A stretch of DNA of 64,000 nt, taken from the NCBI RefSeq assembly GCF_055900595.2, contig NZ_CM148325.1; one strand, written 5' to 3'. A program made the translations under genes and the position numbers. The notes beneath the pieces were generated by a model. That model was not told the origin of the DNA, did no database searches, and saw only the letters and a list, made by a program, of their open reading frames with translations. Shown piece after piece: positions 1 to 10,676 of the stretch; positions within the stretch are counted from its first letter, which is position 1, and the number at the start of each line of letters is the position of its first letter.

Positions 1-1748
1 TGGCGGTCGGTGAAGCGTTAACCAATATTGCCGCAACGCAGATTGGCGATATCAAACGCATTAAACTTTCCGCCAACTGGATGGCGGCGGCAGGCCACCC
101 TGGTGAAGATGCAGGCCTGTATGAAGCCGTTAAAGCGGTGGGCGAAGAGCTTTGTCCGGCGCTGGGCCTGACGATTCCGGTGGGTAAAGACTCCATGTCG
201 ATGAAAACCCGCTGGCAGGAAGGTAGCGAAGAGCGCGAAATGACCTCGCCGCTTTCGCTGGTGATTTCTGCATTTGCCCGCGTGGAAGATGTACGTCACA
301 CCATCACGCCGCAGCTTTCTACCGAAGATAACGCACTGCTGCTGATTGATTTAGGCAAAGGCAATAACGCGCTGGGCGCAACGGCGCTGGCGCAGGTTTA
401 TCGTCAGCTTGGCGACAAACCGGCAGATGTACGCGATGTCGCGCAACTGAAAGGCTTCTATGACGCGGTTCAGGCGCTGGTAGCACAGCGTAAGCTGCTC
501 GCGTACCACGACCGCTCTGATGGCGGCCTGCTGGTAACGCTGGCGGAAATGGCCTTTGCTGGTCATTGCGGCATTGACGCGGATATCGCCACTCTGGGTG
601 ACGATCGCCTGGCGGCGTTGTTTAACGAAGAACTGGGTGCGGTGATTCAGGTTCGAGCCGCTGACCGTAAAGCAGTTGAAGCGGTACTGGCACAGCATGG
701 GCTTGCTGATTGCGTCCATTATGTTGGCCAGGCGGTTTCCGGTGACCGTTTTGTGATTACCGCCAACGGGCAGACTGTATTCAGCGAAAGCCGCACTACG
801 TTGCGTGTCTGGTGGGCAGAAACTACCTGGCAGATGCAGCGCCTGCGTGACAATCCGGAGTGTGCCGATCAGGAACATCAGGCGAAATCTAACGACGCCG
901 ATCCGGGCCTGAATGTGAAACTGTCGTTTGATATCAACGAAGATGTGGCAGCACCGTATATTGCCACTGGTGCGCGTCCGAAAGTTGCCGTGCTGCGTGA
1001 GCAGGGGGTGAACTCGCATGTTGAAATGGCGGCAGCTTTCCACCGTGCAGGCTTCGATGCAATCGATGTGCATATGAGCGACCTGCTGGCTGGACGCACG
1101 GGCCTGGAGGATTTCCACGCTCTGGTAGCGTGCGGCGGTTTCTCCTACGGTGATGTGCTGGGTGCTGGTGAAGGTTGGGCGAAGTCTATCCTGTTCAATG
1201 ACCGTGTACGCGATGAGTTTGCAACCTTCTTCCACCGTCCGCAAACGCTGGCGCTGGGGGTATGTAACGGTTGCCAGATGATGTCTAACCTACGTGAACT
1301 GATCCCAGGTAGCGAGTTGTGGCCACGTTTCGTGCGTAACACCTCCGATCGCTTTGAAGCGCGTTTCAGCCTGGTAGAAGTGACACAAAGCCCGTCGCTG
1401 CTGTTGCAAGGGATGGTGGGTTCGCAGATGCCGATTGCTGTCTCTCACGGCGAAGGACGCGTGGAAGTGCGCGATGCGGCGCATCTGGCGGCACTGGAAA
1501 GCAAAGGGCTGGTGGCACTGCGCTATGTCGATAACTTCGGCAAAGTCACTGAAACCTACCCGGCTAACCCGAACGGTTCTCCGAATGGTATTACGGCGGT
1601 CACGACTGAAAATGGTCGAGTCACCATTATGATGCCGCACCCGGAACGTGTTTTCCGTACTGTCAGTAACTCCTGGCATCCGGAAAACTGGGGCGAGGAT
1701 GGCCCATGGATGCGTATTTTCCGCAATGCGCGTAAGCAGTTGGGGTAA
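1..1748 (+). CDS. purL: phosphoribosylformylglycinamidine synthase, C-terminal ~580 aa (5' end lies outside the window)
   Basis: Frame is open from the window start to the stop at 1746-1748; translation carries the glutaminase-domain motif GVCNGCQMM; hairpin plus T-run terminator follows. Confidence 0.93.
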   Translation, partial: AVGEALTNIAATQIGDIKRIKLSANWMAAAGHPGEDAGLYEAVKAVGEELCPALGLTIPVGKDSMSMKTRWQEGSEEREMTSPLSLVISAFARVEDVRHTITPQLSTEDNALLLIDLGKGNNALGATALAQVYRQLGDKPADVRDVAQLKGFYDAVQALVAQRKLLAYHDRSDGGLLVTLAEMAFAGHCGIDADIATLGDDRLAALFNEELGAVIQVRAADRKAVEAVLAQHGLADCVHYVGQAVSGDRFVITANGQTVFSESRTTLRVWWAETTWQMQRLRDNPECADQEHQAKSNDADPGLNVKLSFDINEDVAAPYIATGARPKVAVLREQGVNSHVEMAAAFHRAGFDAIDVHMSDLLAGRTGLEDFHALVACGGFSYGDVLGAGEGWAKSILFNDRVRDEFATFFHRPQTLALGVCNGCQMMSNLRELIPGSELWPRFVRNTSDRFEARFSLVEVTQSPSLLLQGMVGSQMPIAVSHGEGRVEVRDAAHLAALESKGLVALRYVDNFGKVTETYPANPNGSPNGITAVTTENGRVTIMMPHPERVFRTVSNSWHPENWGEDGPWMRIFRNARKQLG

Positions 1749-1775
1749 GTCGTCAAGCTATTGGTTTTGCTGCCT

Positions 1776-1815
1776 GGCTGTGGCATTCACGCCGCATCCG
1801 GCATTAAACGCCAAC
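1776..1815. repeat. REP-like palindromic element downstream of purL
   Basis: cgccgcatccggca matches the REP consensus core. Confidence 0.5.
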
Positions 1816-1825
1816 CACTATCATA

Positions 1826-1852
1826 AGCTCCCAGCTCCGGGAGCTTTTTTTG
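1826..1852 (+). terminator. rho-independent terminator of purL
   Basis: Stem agctccc(1826-1832)/gggagct(1839-1845) followed by a 7-T run. Confidence 0.75.
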
Positions 1853-1966
1853 TGTCTGTAAATCACGACAATGGGTGGTTTACCGTGTCGCTTTTTGACG
1901 ACATTTTATTGATTGATTTTATTGTAATTTAATAAGTTTATCTTAAGTTGTCTCTTTTTGGCGACA
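1853..1966 (+). promoter_or_regulatory. three GlrR (QseF) upstream activator sites, each TGTC-N10-GACA
   Basis: Exact TGTC-N10-GACA at 1853-1870, 1886-1903 and 1949-1966, upstream of a sigma54 promoter. Confidence 0.75.
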
Positions 1967-2055
1967 CAATGGCTGATTTACAGCCAAATAGCGAAGAAGT
2001 CATTAACCCATCAAAACAACGTATAATCAGTACGTTACCAAACTATTTTATTTAT

Positions 2056-2071
2056 TGGCACAGTTACTGCA
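2056..2071 (+). promoter_or_regulatory. sigma54 (-24/-12) promoter of glmY
   Basis: TGGCAC-N6-TGCA about 12 nt upstream of the sRNA 5' end; an overlapping cataat could serve as a sigma70 -10. Confidence 0.7.
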
Positions 2072-2082
2072 TAATAGTCATC

Positions 2083-2266
2083 AGTGGCTCATTCACCGAC
2101 TTATGTCAGCCCCTTCGGGACGTGCTACATAAAATTCGAATGACGCACAACAAGGTGCCTGCCGTCCAACTTCTGATATCAGCTTAGCTATATCAACCCT
2201 CGGGCGAAACGTCGAGTTAGGCACCGCCTTATTCCATAACAAAGCCGGGTTATTCCCGGCTTTGTT
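2083..2266 (+). ncRNA. glmY: GlmY small RNA
   Basis: Starts AGTGGCTCATTCACCGACTTATGTCAGCCCC, which matches GlmY from memory; about 184 nt; ends at hairpin agccggg/cccggct (2242-2260) plus T-rich tail; sits immediately upstream of glrK. Confidence 0.8.
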
Positions 2267-2324
2267 GTATCTGAACTTCCCCTCGGTTAGCATCAGGCTA
2301 TTCGCGTCTGACGAGAGTAACACC

Positions 2325-3752
2325 TTGAAACGCTGGCCCGTTTTTCCCCGCTCATTACGACAACTGGTAATGCTGGCATTTTTGCTGATTCTGCTACCCC
2401 TGTTGGTGCTGGCATGGCAAGCCTGGCAAAGCCTGAATGCGCTTAGCGATCAGGCGGCGCTGGTTAACCGCACTACGCTTATTGATGCCCGGCGCAGTGA
2501 AGCGATGACCAACGCGGCGCTGGAGATGGAGCGTAGCTACCGTCAGTATTGCGTGCTGGACGACCCAACTCTGGCGAAGGTTTATCAAAGCCAGCGCAAG
2601 CGTTACAGCGAAATGCTCGATGCCCACGCAGGCGTACTGCCGGACGATAAACTTTACCAGGCATTGCGTCAGGATTTGAACAATCTGGCTCAACTTCAGT
2701 GTAACAACAGCGGTCCCGATGCTGCTGCCGCCGCGCGTCTGGAAGCCTTTGCCAGTGCCAATACCGAAATGGTACAGGCCACGCGCACAGTGGTGTTCTC
2801 TCGCGGACAGCAGCTTCAGCGTGAAATCGCCGAACGTGGGCAATATTTTGGTTGGCAATCGCTGGTGTTATTTCTGGTAAGTCTGGTGATGGTACTGCTC
2901 TTCACGCGGATGATTATCGGCCCGGTGAAAAATATTGAACGGATGATCAACCGTCTGGGGGAAGGGCGTTCTCTGGGCAATAGCGTTTCGTTCAGTGGAC
3001 CGAGTGAGTTACGCTCGGTTGGGCAACGTATTCTCTGGTTAAGCGAACGCCTGTCATGGCTGGAATCCCAGCGCCATCAATTTTTAAGACATTTATCTCA
3101 TGAATTAAAAACGCCGCTGGCGAGTATGCGCGAGGGCACTGAATTACTGGCTGACCAGGTTGTCGGGCCGCTTACGCCCGAGCAAAAAGAGGTGGTGAGC
3201 ATCCTTGATAGCAGCAGCCGCAATTTGCAAAAACTGATCGAACAACTGCTTGATTACAACCGTAAACAGGCGGACGGCGCGGTGGAACTGGAGAGTGTAG
3301 AGCTGGCACCGCTGGTGGAAATGGTGGTTTCTGCTCATAGCCTGCCCGCACGGGCTAAAATGATGCATACCGACGTCGATCTCAAAGCAACTGTTTGCCT
3401 GGCGGAGCCAATGCTGCTGATGAGCGTACTGGATAATCTTTACTCCAATGCGGTGCACTACGGGGCTGAATCCGGTAACATTTGCCTTCGCAGCAGTTTA
3501 CATGGCGCGCGGGTTTATATTGATGTCATCAATACAGGCACACCCATTCCGCAAGAGGAACGCGCCATGATCTTCGAACCCTTTTTTCAGGGAAGCCACC
3601 AGCGAAAAGGGGCGGTGAAGGGCAGCGGTCTGGGATTAAGCATTGCCAGGGATTGTATTCGCCGTATGCAGGGGGAACTGTATCTGGTCGACGAGAGCGG
3701 GCAAGAGGTTTGCTTCCGCATTGAATTACCGTCGTCGAAAAACACGAAATAA
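2325..3752 (+). CDS. glrK: sensor histidine kinase GlrK (QseE)
   Basis: 475 aa from a TTG start at 2325 with GAGAG Shine-Dalgarno; N-terminus KRWPVFPRSL; HAMP, H-box (HELKTPL) and ATPase motifs; the upstream ATG in the ORF track has no ribosome-binding site. Confidence 0.9.
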   Translation: MKRWPVFPRSLRQLVMLAFLLILLPLLVLAWQAWQSLNALSDQAALVNRTTLIDARRSEAMTNAALEMERSYRQYCVLDDPTLAKVYQSQRKRYSEMLDAHAGVLPDDKLYQALRQDLNNLAQLQCNNSGPDAAAAARLEAFASANTEMVQATRTVVFSRGQQLQREIAERGQYFGWQSLVLFLVSLVMVLLFTRMIIGPVKNIERMINRLGEGRSLGNSVSFSGPSELRSVGQRILWLSERLSWLESQRHQFLRHLSHELKTPLASMREGTELLADQVVGPLTPEQKEVVSILDSSSRNLQKLIEQLLDYNRKQADGAVELESVELAPLVEMVVSAHSLPARAKMMHTDVDLKATVCLAEPMLLMSVLDNLYSNAVHYGAESGNICLRSSLHGARVYIDVINTGTPIPQEERAMIFEPFFQGSHQRKGAVKGSGLGLSIARDCIRRMQGELYLVDESGQEVCFRIELPSSKNTK

Positions 3753-3916
3753 TGTTAAGAGCCTATCCCATCAGGCTATTTTATTTGCCAGTTTGGCCCC
3801 GTGCAGTGCGCGAAATCATTACGTACTACGTGTACGCTCCGGTTTCTCCGCGCTGTCCATGTCCAAACTGCCTGCAACAATTACGCCCACTGGGGTAGGT
3901 TTTAAGTCTGGTGAAT

Positions 3917-4630
3917 ATGCGACACATTTTTCAACGATTATTGCCCCGACGGCTATGGCTGGCAGGGCTGCCATGTCTGGCATTGCTGGGTTGCGTGCAG
4001 AGTCACAATAAGCCAGCTATTGATACGCCAGCAGAAGAAAAAATTCCGGTTTATCAACTGGCTGACTATCTTTCTACTGAATGTAGCGACATCTGGGCAC
4101 TGCAAGGTAAGTCAACCGAAACCAATCCGCTTTACTGGCTGCGGGCGATGGATTGTGCTGATCGTTTAATGCCTGCGCAGTCGCGGCAGCAAGCCCGCCA
4201 ATATGACGACGGCAGCTGGCAAAATACCTTCAAACAAGGGATTTTGCTCGCCGACGCCAAAATTACGCCTTATGAGCGCCGCCAGCTGGTCGCGCGCATT
4301 GATGCGTTAAGTACCGAGATCCCGGCACAGGTTCGCCCACTGTATCAACTCTGGCGCGACGGTCAGGCGCTGCAACTGCAACTGGCGGAAGAGCGCCAAC
4401 GCTACAGCAAACTCCAGCAGTCCAGCGACAGCGAACTGGATACTTTGCGCCAGCAACATCACGTTCTACAGCAGCAACTGGAGCTCACCACCCGCAAGCT
4501 GGAAAATCTGACCGATATTGAACGTCAGCTCTCTACCCGCAAACCGGCTGGCAATTTCTCGCCGGATACGCCGCACGAGAGTGAAAAGCCCGCGCCATCT
4601 ACCCATGAGGTCACTCCTGATGAGCCATAA
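3917..4630 (+). CDS. qseG: outer-membrane lipoprotein QseG (YfhG)
   Basis: 237 aa; lipobox LLGC; coiled-coil Q-rich C-terminus; sits between the kinase and regulator genes. Confidence 0.85.
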   Translation: MRHIFQRLLPRRLWLAGLPCLALLGCVQSHNKPAIDTPAEEKIPVYQLADYLSTECSDIWALQGKSTETNPLYWLRAMDCADRLMPAQSRQQARQYDDGSWQNTFKQGILLADAKITPYERRQLVARIDALSTEIPAQVRPLYQLWRDGQALQLQLAEERQRYSKLQQSSDSELDTLRQQHHVLQQQLELTTRKLENLTDIERQLSTRKPAGNFSPDTPHESEKPAPSTHEVTPDEP

Positions 4631-5954
4631 ACCTGCGCATTTATTACTGGTCGATGACGATCCAGGATTGCTGAAACTGCTTGGTCTGCGTCTGACCAGC
4701 GAAGGTTATAGCGTGGTTACGGCGGAAAGTGGAGCTGAAGGATTGCGGATACTGAATCGTGAAAAAGTAGATTTAGTCATCAGCGATCTGCGGATGGATG
4801 AAATGGATGGTATGCAACTGTTTGCCGAAATCCAGAAAGTGCAGCCAGGTATGCCAGTAATCATCCTCACCGCGCATGGTTCCATTCCCGATGCCGTTGC
4901 CGCGACACAGCAGGGCGTGTTCAGTTTCCTCACCAAGCCTGTCGATAAAGACGCGCTGTATCAGGCAATTGACGATGCGCTGGAGCAATCAGCCCCCACT
5001 ACCGACGAACGCTGGCGCGAGGCGATTGTCACCCGCAGCCCGCTGATGCTGCGTTTGCTGGAACAGGCGAGGCTGGTGGCGCAGTCAGATGTTAGCGTTT
5101 TGATTAACGGTCAGAGCGGTACCGGGAAAGAGATTTTTGCCCAGGCGATCCACAACGCCAGCCCGCGCAACAGCAAACCGTTTATTGCTATTAACTGTGG
5201 CGCATTGCCCGAGCAATTGCTGGAGTCAGAGCTGTTTGGTCATGCGCGTGGCGCGTTTACTGGCGCTGTCAGCAATCGTGAAGGTTTATTCCAGGCGGCG
5301 GAAGGCGGTACGCTGTTTCTCGATGAGATTGGCGACATGCCCGCACCGTTGCAGGTCAAACTGCTACGCGTGTTGCAGGAGCGCAAAGTGCGCCCGCTGG
5401 GCAGCAACCGCGATATTGATATCGACGTGCGGATTATTTCCGCCACTCACCGTGACCTGCCAAAGGCGATGGCGCGCGGGGAATTCCGTGAAGATCTCTA
5501 CTATCGCCTCAACGTTGTCAGTCTGAAAATTCCGGCATTGGCGGAGCGCACAGAAGACATTCCGCTACTGGCAAACCACTTATTGCGCCAGGCGGCAGAG
5601 CGACATAAACCGTTTGTCCGCGCATTCTCCACCGATGCAATGAAACGACTGATGACCGCGAGCTGGCCGGGTAATGTGCGCCAGTTGGTCAACGTGATTG
5701 AACAGTGCGTGGCGCTAACATCATCTCCGGTGATTAGTGATGCGTTAGTCGAGCAGGCGCTGGAGGGCGAAAATACGGCTCTGCCAACCTTTGTTGAGGC
5801 GCGTAATCAGTTTGAACTCAACTACTTGCGTAAGCTGCTGCAAATCACCAAAGGGAATGTCACCCACGCGGCGAGAATGGCGGGGCGCAACCGGACAGAA
5901 TTTTATAAACTGCTTTCCCGACACGAGCTGGATGCAAACGATTTCAAGGAATGA
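4620..5954 (+). CDS. glrR: sigma54-dependent response regulator GlrR (QseF)
   Basis: 444 aa from the ATG at 4620; receiver domain, AAA+ sigma54-activator motifs (GESGTGKE, GAFTGA) and C-terminal HTH; overlaps the qseG stop by 11 nt. Confidence 0.92.
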   Translation: MSHKPAHLLLVDDDPGLLKLLGLRLTSEGYSVVTAESGAEGLRILNREKVDLVISDLRMDEMDGMQLFAEIQKVQPGMPVIILTAHGSIPDAVAATQQGVFSFLTKPVDKDALYQAIDDALEQSAPTTDERWREAIVTRSPLMLRLLEQARLVAQSDVSVLINGQSGTGKEIFAQAIHNASPRNSKPFIAINCGALPEQLLESELFGHARGAFTGAVSNREGLFQAAEGGTLFLDEIGDMPAPLQVKLLRVLQERKVRPLGSNRDIDIDVRIISATHRDLPKAMARGEFREDLYYRLNVVSLKIPALAERTEDIPLLANHLLRQAAERHKPFVRAFSTDAMKRLMTASWPGNVRQLVNVIEQCVALTSSPVISDALVEQALEGENTALPTFVEARNQFELNYLRKLLQITKGNVTHAARMAGRNRTEFYKLLSRHELDANDFKE

Positions 5955-5978
5955 ATCGGCGTAATGTGTTACGTTTAG

Positions 5979-6353
<375 letters not shown>

Positions 6354-6363
6354 ACCGCGTCAG

Positions 6364-6391
6364 GGTTGCCGGATGTCTCCATCCGGCAACC
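6364..6391. terminator. bidirectional hairpin between convergent glnB and hmp
   Basis: Perfect 12-bp stem ggttgccggatg/catccggcaacc with a tctc loop; no strong T-run on either side. Confidence 0.55.
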
Positions 6392-6396
6392 TCAAA

Positions 6397-7587
6397 TCAC
6401 AGCACTTTATGCGGGCCAAAGCATTCGTAATGAATGTTTTCCTGTTTCACACCCAGGTCCACTAACTGTTTCGCGGCAAACTGCATGAAGCCAACCGGGC
6501 CGCAGAGATAGAACTGCATTGTCGGATCGCTGAACGCACCTTCCAGTTTGCTCAAATCCATCAGACCTTCGCTATCAAACTGACCTTTAGCGCGATCGGC
6601 TTCGCTTGGCTGACGATACCAGGTGTGCGCGGTAAAGCGCGGCAGTGCTTGCCCCAGTTCCTTAACTTCATCGGCAAAGGCGTGAACATCGCCATTTTCT
6701 GCCGCATGGAACCAGTTCACTTGTGCGGTGTGGCCTGCTTTTGCCAGCGTGTCGAGCATTGCCAGCATTGGCGTCTGGCCGACACCGGCAGAGATTAACG
6801 TCACTGGTGTGTCATCTGCGACAGCCATAAAGAAATCACCTGCCGGAGCGACCAGTTTCACGACATCGCCAACATTGGCGTGATTGTGCAGCCAGTTGGA
6901 TACCTGCCCGCCATCTTCGCGTTTCACCGCAATACGATAGCCTTTGCCATCCGGTTTGCGAGTCAAAGAGTACTGACGAATTTCCTGATGCGGGAAACCT
7001 TCCGGCTTCAGCCAGACGCCGAGATATTGCCCCGGACGGTATTCTGCCACTGCGCCACCGTCGACCGGCTCCAGTTCGAAGCTGGTGATAAGCGCGCTGC
7101 GCGGTGTTTTAGCCACAATGCGGAAATCGCGAGTACCTTCCCAGCCACCGGCTTTGCTGGCGTTTTCGTTATAGATTTCCGCCTCGCGATTGATAAATAC
7201 ATTAGCCAGTACGCCATAGGCTTTACCCCACGCGTCCAGCACTTCCTGGCCCGGGCTGAACATTTCGTCCAGCGTCGCCAACAGGTGTTCGCCGACAATG
7301 TTGTACTGTTCCGGTTTGATCTGGAAACTGGTGTGCTTCTGGGCGATTTTTTCTACCGCTGGCAGCAGCGCAGGCAGGTTTTCAATATTACTGGCGTAGG
7401 CGGCAATAGCGTTAAACAGGGCTTCACGTTGATCGCCATTACGCTGGTTACTCATGTTAAAAATTTCTTTGAGTTCTGGGTTATGAGTAAACATACGGTC
7501 GTAGAAATGGGCGGTTAACTTTGGCCCTGTTTCCACCAGTAAAGGGATGGTGGCTTTTACTGTAGCGATGGTTTGAGCGTCAAGCAT
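6397..7587 (-). CDS. hmp: flavohaemoglobin (nitric oxide dioxygenase)
   Basis: 396 aa starting [17 protein letters not shown]; globin domain plus FAD/NAD reductase domain; AAGGAAG ribosome-binding site; the ORF-track start at 7608 adds seven residues with no support. Confidence 0.93.
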   Translation of the reverse strand: MLDAQTIATVKATIPLLVETGPKLTAHFYDRMFTHNPELKEIFNMSNQRNGDQREALFNAIAAYASNIENLPALLPAVEKIAQKHTSFQIKPEQYNIVGEHLLATLDEMFSPGQEVLDAWGKAYGVLANVFINREAEIYNENASKAGGWEGTRDFRIVAKTPRSALITSFELEPVDGGAVAEYRPGQYLGVWLKPEGFPHQEIRQYSLTRKPDGKGYRIAVKREDGGQVSNWLHNHANVGDVVKLVAPAGDFFMAVADDTPVTLISAGVGQTPMLAMLDTLAKAGHTAQVNWFHAAENGDVHAFADEVKELGQALPRFTAHTWYRQPSEADRAKGQFDSEGLMDLSKLEGAFSDPTMQFYLCGPVGFMQFAAKQLVDLGVKQENIHYECFGPHKVL

Positions 7588-7599
7588 ATGGTCTTCCTT

Positions 7600-7636
7600 T
7601 TTTTGCATCTTAATTGATGTATCTCAAATGCATCTT
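7600..7636 (-). promoter_or_regulatory. NsrR operator(s) in the hmp promoter
   Basis: Minus strand reads AAGATGCATTTGAGATACATCAA, close to the NsrR inverted repeat, with an adjacent AAGATGCAAAAA half-site. Confidence 0.65.
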
Positions 7637-7781
7637 ATAAAAAATAGCCCTGCAATGTAAATGGTTCTTTGGTGTTTTTCAGAAAGAATGTGATGAAGTG
7701 AAAAATTTGCATCACAAACCTGAAAAGAAATCCGTTTACGGTTGCAAGCTCTTTATTCTCCAAAGCCTTGCGCAGCCTGAA

Positions 7782-7797
7782 GGTAATCGTTTGCGTA
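7782..7797 (+). promoter_or_regulatory. putative PurR box upstream of glyA
   Basis: aggtaatCGTTTGCGTaaat matches the right half of the PurR palindrome ACGCAAACGTTTGCGT. Confidence 0.4.
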
Positions 7798-7914
7798 AAT
7801 TCCTTTGTCAAGACCTGTTATCGCACAATGATTCGGTTATACTGTTCGCCGTTGTCCAACAGGACCGCCTATAAAGGCCGAAAATTTTATTGTTAGCTGA
7901 GTCAGGAGATGCGG

Positions 7915-9168
7915 ATGTTAAAGCGTGAAATGAACATTGCCGATTATGATGCCGAACTGTGGCAGGCTATGGAGCAGGAAAAAGTACGTCAGGAAGAGCA
8001 CATCGAACTGATCGCCTCCGAAAACTACACCAGCCCGCGCGTAATGCAGGCGCAGGGGTCTCAGCTGACCAACAAATATGCTGAAGGTTATCCGGGCAAA
8101 CGCTACTACGGCGGTTGCGAGTATGTTGATATCGTTGAACAACTGGCGATCGATCGCGCGAAAGAACTGTTCGGCGCTGACTACGCTAACGTCCAGCCGC
8201 ACTCCGGCTCCCAGGCGAACTTTGCGGTGTACACCGCGCTGCTGGAACCCGGCGACACCGTTCTGGGTATGAACCTGGCGCATGGCGGTCACCTGACTCA
8301 CGGTTCTCCGGTTAACTTCTCCGGTAAACTGTACAACATCGTTCCTTACGGTATCGATGCTACCGGTCATATCGACTACGCCGATCTGGAAAAACAAGCC
8401 AAAGAACACAAGCCGAAAATGATCATCGGTGGCTTCTCTGCATATTCCGGCGTGGTTGACTGGGCGAAAATGCGTGAAATCGCTGACAGCATCGGTGCTT
8501 ACCTGTTCGTTGATATGGCGCACGTTGCGGGACTGGTCGCTGCTGGCGTCTACCCGAACCCGGTTCCTCATGCTCACGTAGTGACTACCACCACTCACAA
8601 AACCCTGGCGGGTCCGCGCGGCGGCCTGATCCTGGCGAAAGGCGGTAGCGAAGAACTGTACAAAAAACTGAACTCTGCCGTTTTCCCTGGTGGTCAGGGC
8701 GGCCCGTTGATGCACGTAATCGCTGGTAAAGCGGTTGCTCTGAAAGAAGCGATGGAACCTGAGTTCAAAACTTACCAACAGCAGGTCGCGAAAAACGCTA
8801 AAGCGATGGTAGAAGTATTCCTGGAGCGCGGCTACAAAGTGGTTTCCGGCGGTACTGATAACCACCTGTTCCTGGTTGATCTGGTTGATAAAAACCTGAC
8901 CGGTAAAGAAGCTGACGCCGCTCTGGGCCGTGCTAACATCACCGTCAACAAAAACAGCGTACCGAACGATCCGAAGAGCCCGTTTGTAACCTCCGGTATT
9001 CGCGTGGGTACTCCGGCGATTACACGTCGTGGCTTTAAAGAAGCCGAAGCGAAAGAACTGGCTGGCTGGATGTGTGACGTGCTGGACAGCATCAATGATG
9101 AAGCCGTTATCGAGCGCATCAAAGGTAAAGTTCTCGACATCTGCGCACGTTACCCGGTTTACGCATAA
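7915..9168 (+). CDS. glyA: serine hydroxymethyltransferase
   Basis: 417 aa from the ATG at 7915, 6 nt after AGGAG; PLP-lysine motif [14 protein letters not shown]. Confidence 0.96.
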
Positions 9169-9202
9169 GCGAAACGGTGATTTGCTGACAATGTGCTCGT
9201 TG

Positions 9203-9306
9203 TTCATGCCGGATGCGGCGTGAACGCCTTATCCGGCCTACAAATTATTGCAAATTCAAGATATTGCAATCTCCGTGTAGGCCTGATAAGCGTAGCGCAT
9301 CAGGCA
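9203..9306. repeat. REP cluster (two inverted REP units) between glyA and yphH
   Basis: gccggatgcggcgtgaacgccttatccggcctac and gtaggcctgataagcgtagcgcatcaggc. Confidence 0.8.
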
Positions 9307-9365
9307 ATTTTTCGTTTGTGATCATCAAGGCTTCCTTAGGGAAGCCTTGTTACGTTATCGCGCCA

Positions 9366-10559
9366 TCAAATCTGTCGTAACTGCGCCTCAACATACAAAT
9401 AGCCAATCCCCAGCACCTGCTGTGCGCGGCTTAATTGCCCAAAGCCAATTTGCGTCGATTTCACGCTCGGTCCTTCGTCACGGTCGAACGGGTTAAATCC
9501 TGTCTGGCGAATAATGGAATTAAGCCAGTTCTCACCAAAGGCGCAGCTGCGACCATACAGCCAAATCTGATTAATATTGAGGATGTTGAGGAAGTTATAC
9601 AGACTCAAACCAATGGCGTTGGCACTGCGGTCAACCCAGCTGGTGATCCACGGTTCTCCACTCTGCCAGGCAGCGATTAATTGTGCGGTTGTCAATTTTT
9701 CAGGATCAAGCTGAGTATTCACCGGTTGTGATTTTAGCCATACTCGCGCCTGTTTTTTTAATGCGCTTAACGAGGCGACGGTTTCCAGGCAGCCATAATG
9801 TCCGCAGTCGCAGACGACACCATCCGGATTAACGATGGTGTGACCAATCTGTCCGCTACCATACAAACTGCCGCGATAAATTTGCTCGTTAATCACGAAC
9901 GACGAGCCAATACCGTAATCAACGTTGATCACGCAGAAATCCCGTCCTTGCGAATTATTTTGCCATTTCTCCGCCAGCGCCAGCATCACGCAGTCATTAT
10001 CGACCATCACCCGAATGCCCAGCTTCTCTTCCAGCAGATACTTCACCTCAACCGGCGTTGTCCACGGCGCTTGCGGCATGGTTTGCGACACGCCAGTCAC
10101 TGGATCAACCTGACCGTGGATTGCCAGCGCCAGGTTGATAGTACGGTCCGGCCACAGTTTACGATGACGATGCCAGCATTTTTCGATTTCGGACAACAGA
10201 GCCTGCGGTGTCGGTGCATCAATCTGAAAATACTCAAATTCGCCTTTCGGACTTAAACAGGCATTAGCGACCTGACACTCAATGCTGGTGGGCGTCACGT
10301 TCAGGCACAGCGTCCAGTCACCTTCCGGCGCGATCAGCCATGTACCGCTACTGTGCCCGCGCGTCTGGCTTTCATCGTCGATATTCACCACCCGTTTTTC
10401 GCTTTCCAGCTCCTGCAAAATATTACTGACTGCCGGAATCGAAATTTGCGCCAGCCGGGCCAGCGTTGATTTATTGGCGCGCTTTTGCCGGTACAGCAGT
10501 TCCAGAATCACGCATTTGTTATGGTGGCGAATCTGTTGATTATTAATGCAGGCTCTCAT
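9366..10559 (-). CDS. yphH: ROK-family (NagC/Mlc-like) transcriptional regulator
   Basis: 397 aa from the ATG at 10559 (the GTG two codons upstream is an alternative); N-terminal HTH and ROK sugar-kinase-like fold with the CDCGHYGC zinc motif. Confidence 0.85.
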   Translation of the reverse strand: MRACINNQQIRHHNKCVILELLYRQKRANKSTLARLAQISIPAVSNILQELESEKRVVNIDDESQTRGHSSGTWLIAPEGDWTLCLNVTPTSIECQVANACLSPKGEFEYFQIDAPTPQALLSEIEKCWHRHRKLWPDRTINLALAIHGQVDPVTGVSQTMPQAPWTTPVEVKYLLEEKLGIRVMVDNDCVMLALAEKWQNNSQGRDFCVINVDYGIGSSFVINEQIYRGSLYGSGQIGHTIVNPDGVVCDCGHYGCLETVASLSALKKQARVWLKSQPVNTQLDPEKLTTAQLIAAWQSGEPWITSWVDRSANAIGLSLYNFLNILNINQIWLYGRSCAFGENWLNSIIRQTGFNPFDRDEGPSVKSTQIGFGQLSRAQQVLGIGYLYVEAQLRQI

Positions 10560-10676
10560 CTTCACTAAACCTTGTTTAGTTAATTGCGTGATTATTCCGC
10601 GAAAACATTGCCAGATTGTTCAATACACTGCCACAAATCTTTTAATTCAGTATGTCTTGTTAATATTGAGGGCACC

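Noticed and set aside
351-1244. 297-aa minus-strand ORF inside purL
   Set aside because: Antisense to a highly conserved enzyme-coding frame; no independent support.
4518-4619. Long N-terminal extensions in the six-frame track (glrR 4518, hcaR 24490, hscA 34438, pepB 36982, der 55714, yphG 10584)
   Set aside because: The extensions lack ribosome-binding sites and overlap upstream genes; internal starts with a Shine-Dalgarno sequence and conserved N-termini were chosen instead.
7918-9207. 429-aa minus-strand ORF antisense to glyA
   Set aside because: Shadow ORF: the plus-strand frame encodes canonical serine hydroxymethyltransferase with a ribosome-binding site; the antisense frame has no ribosome-binding site and only low-complexity translation.
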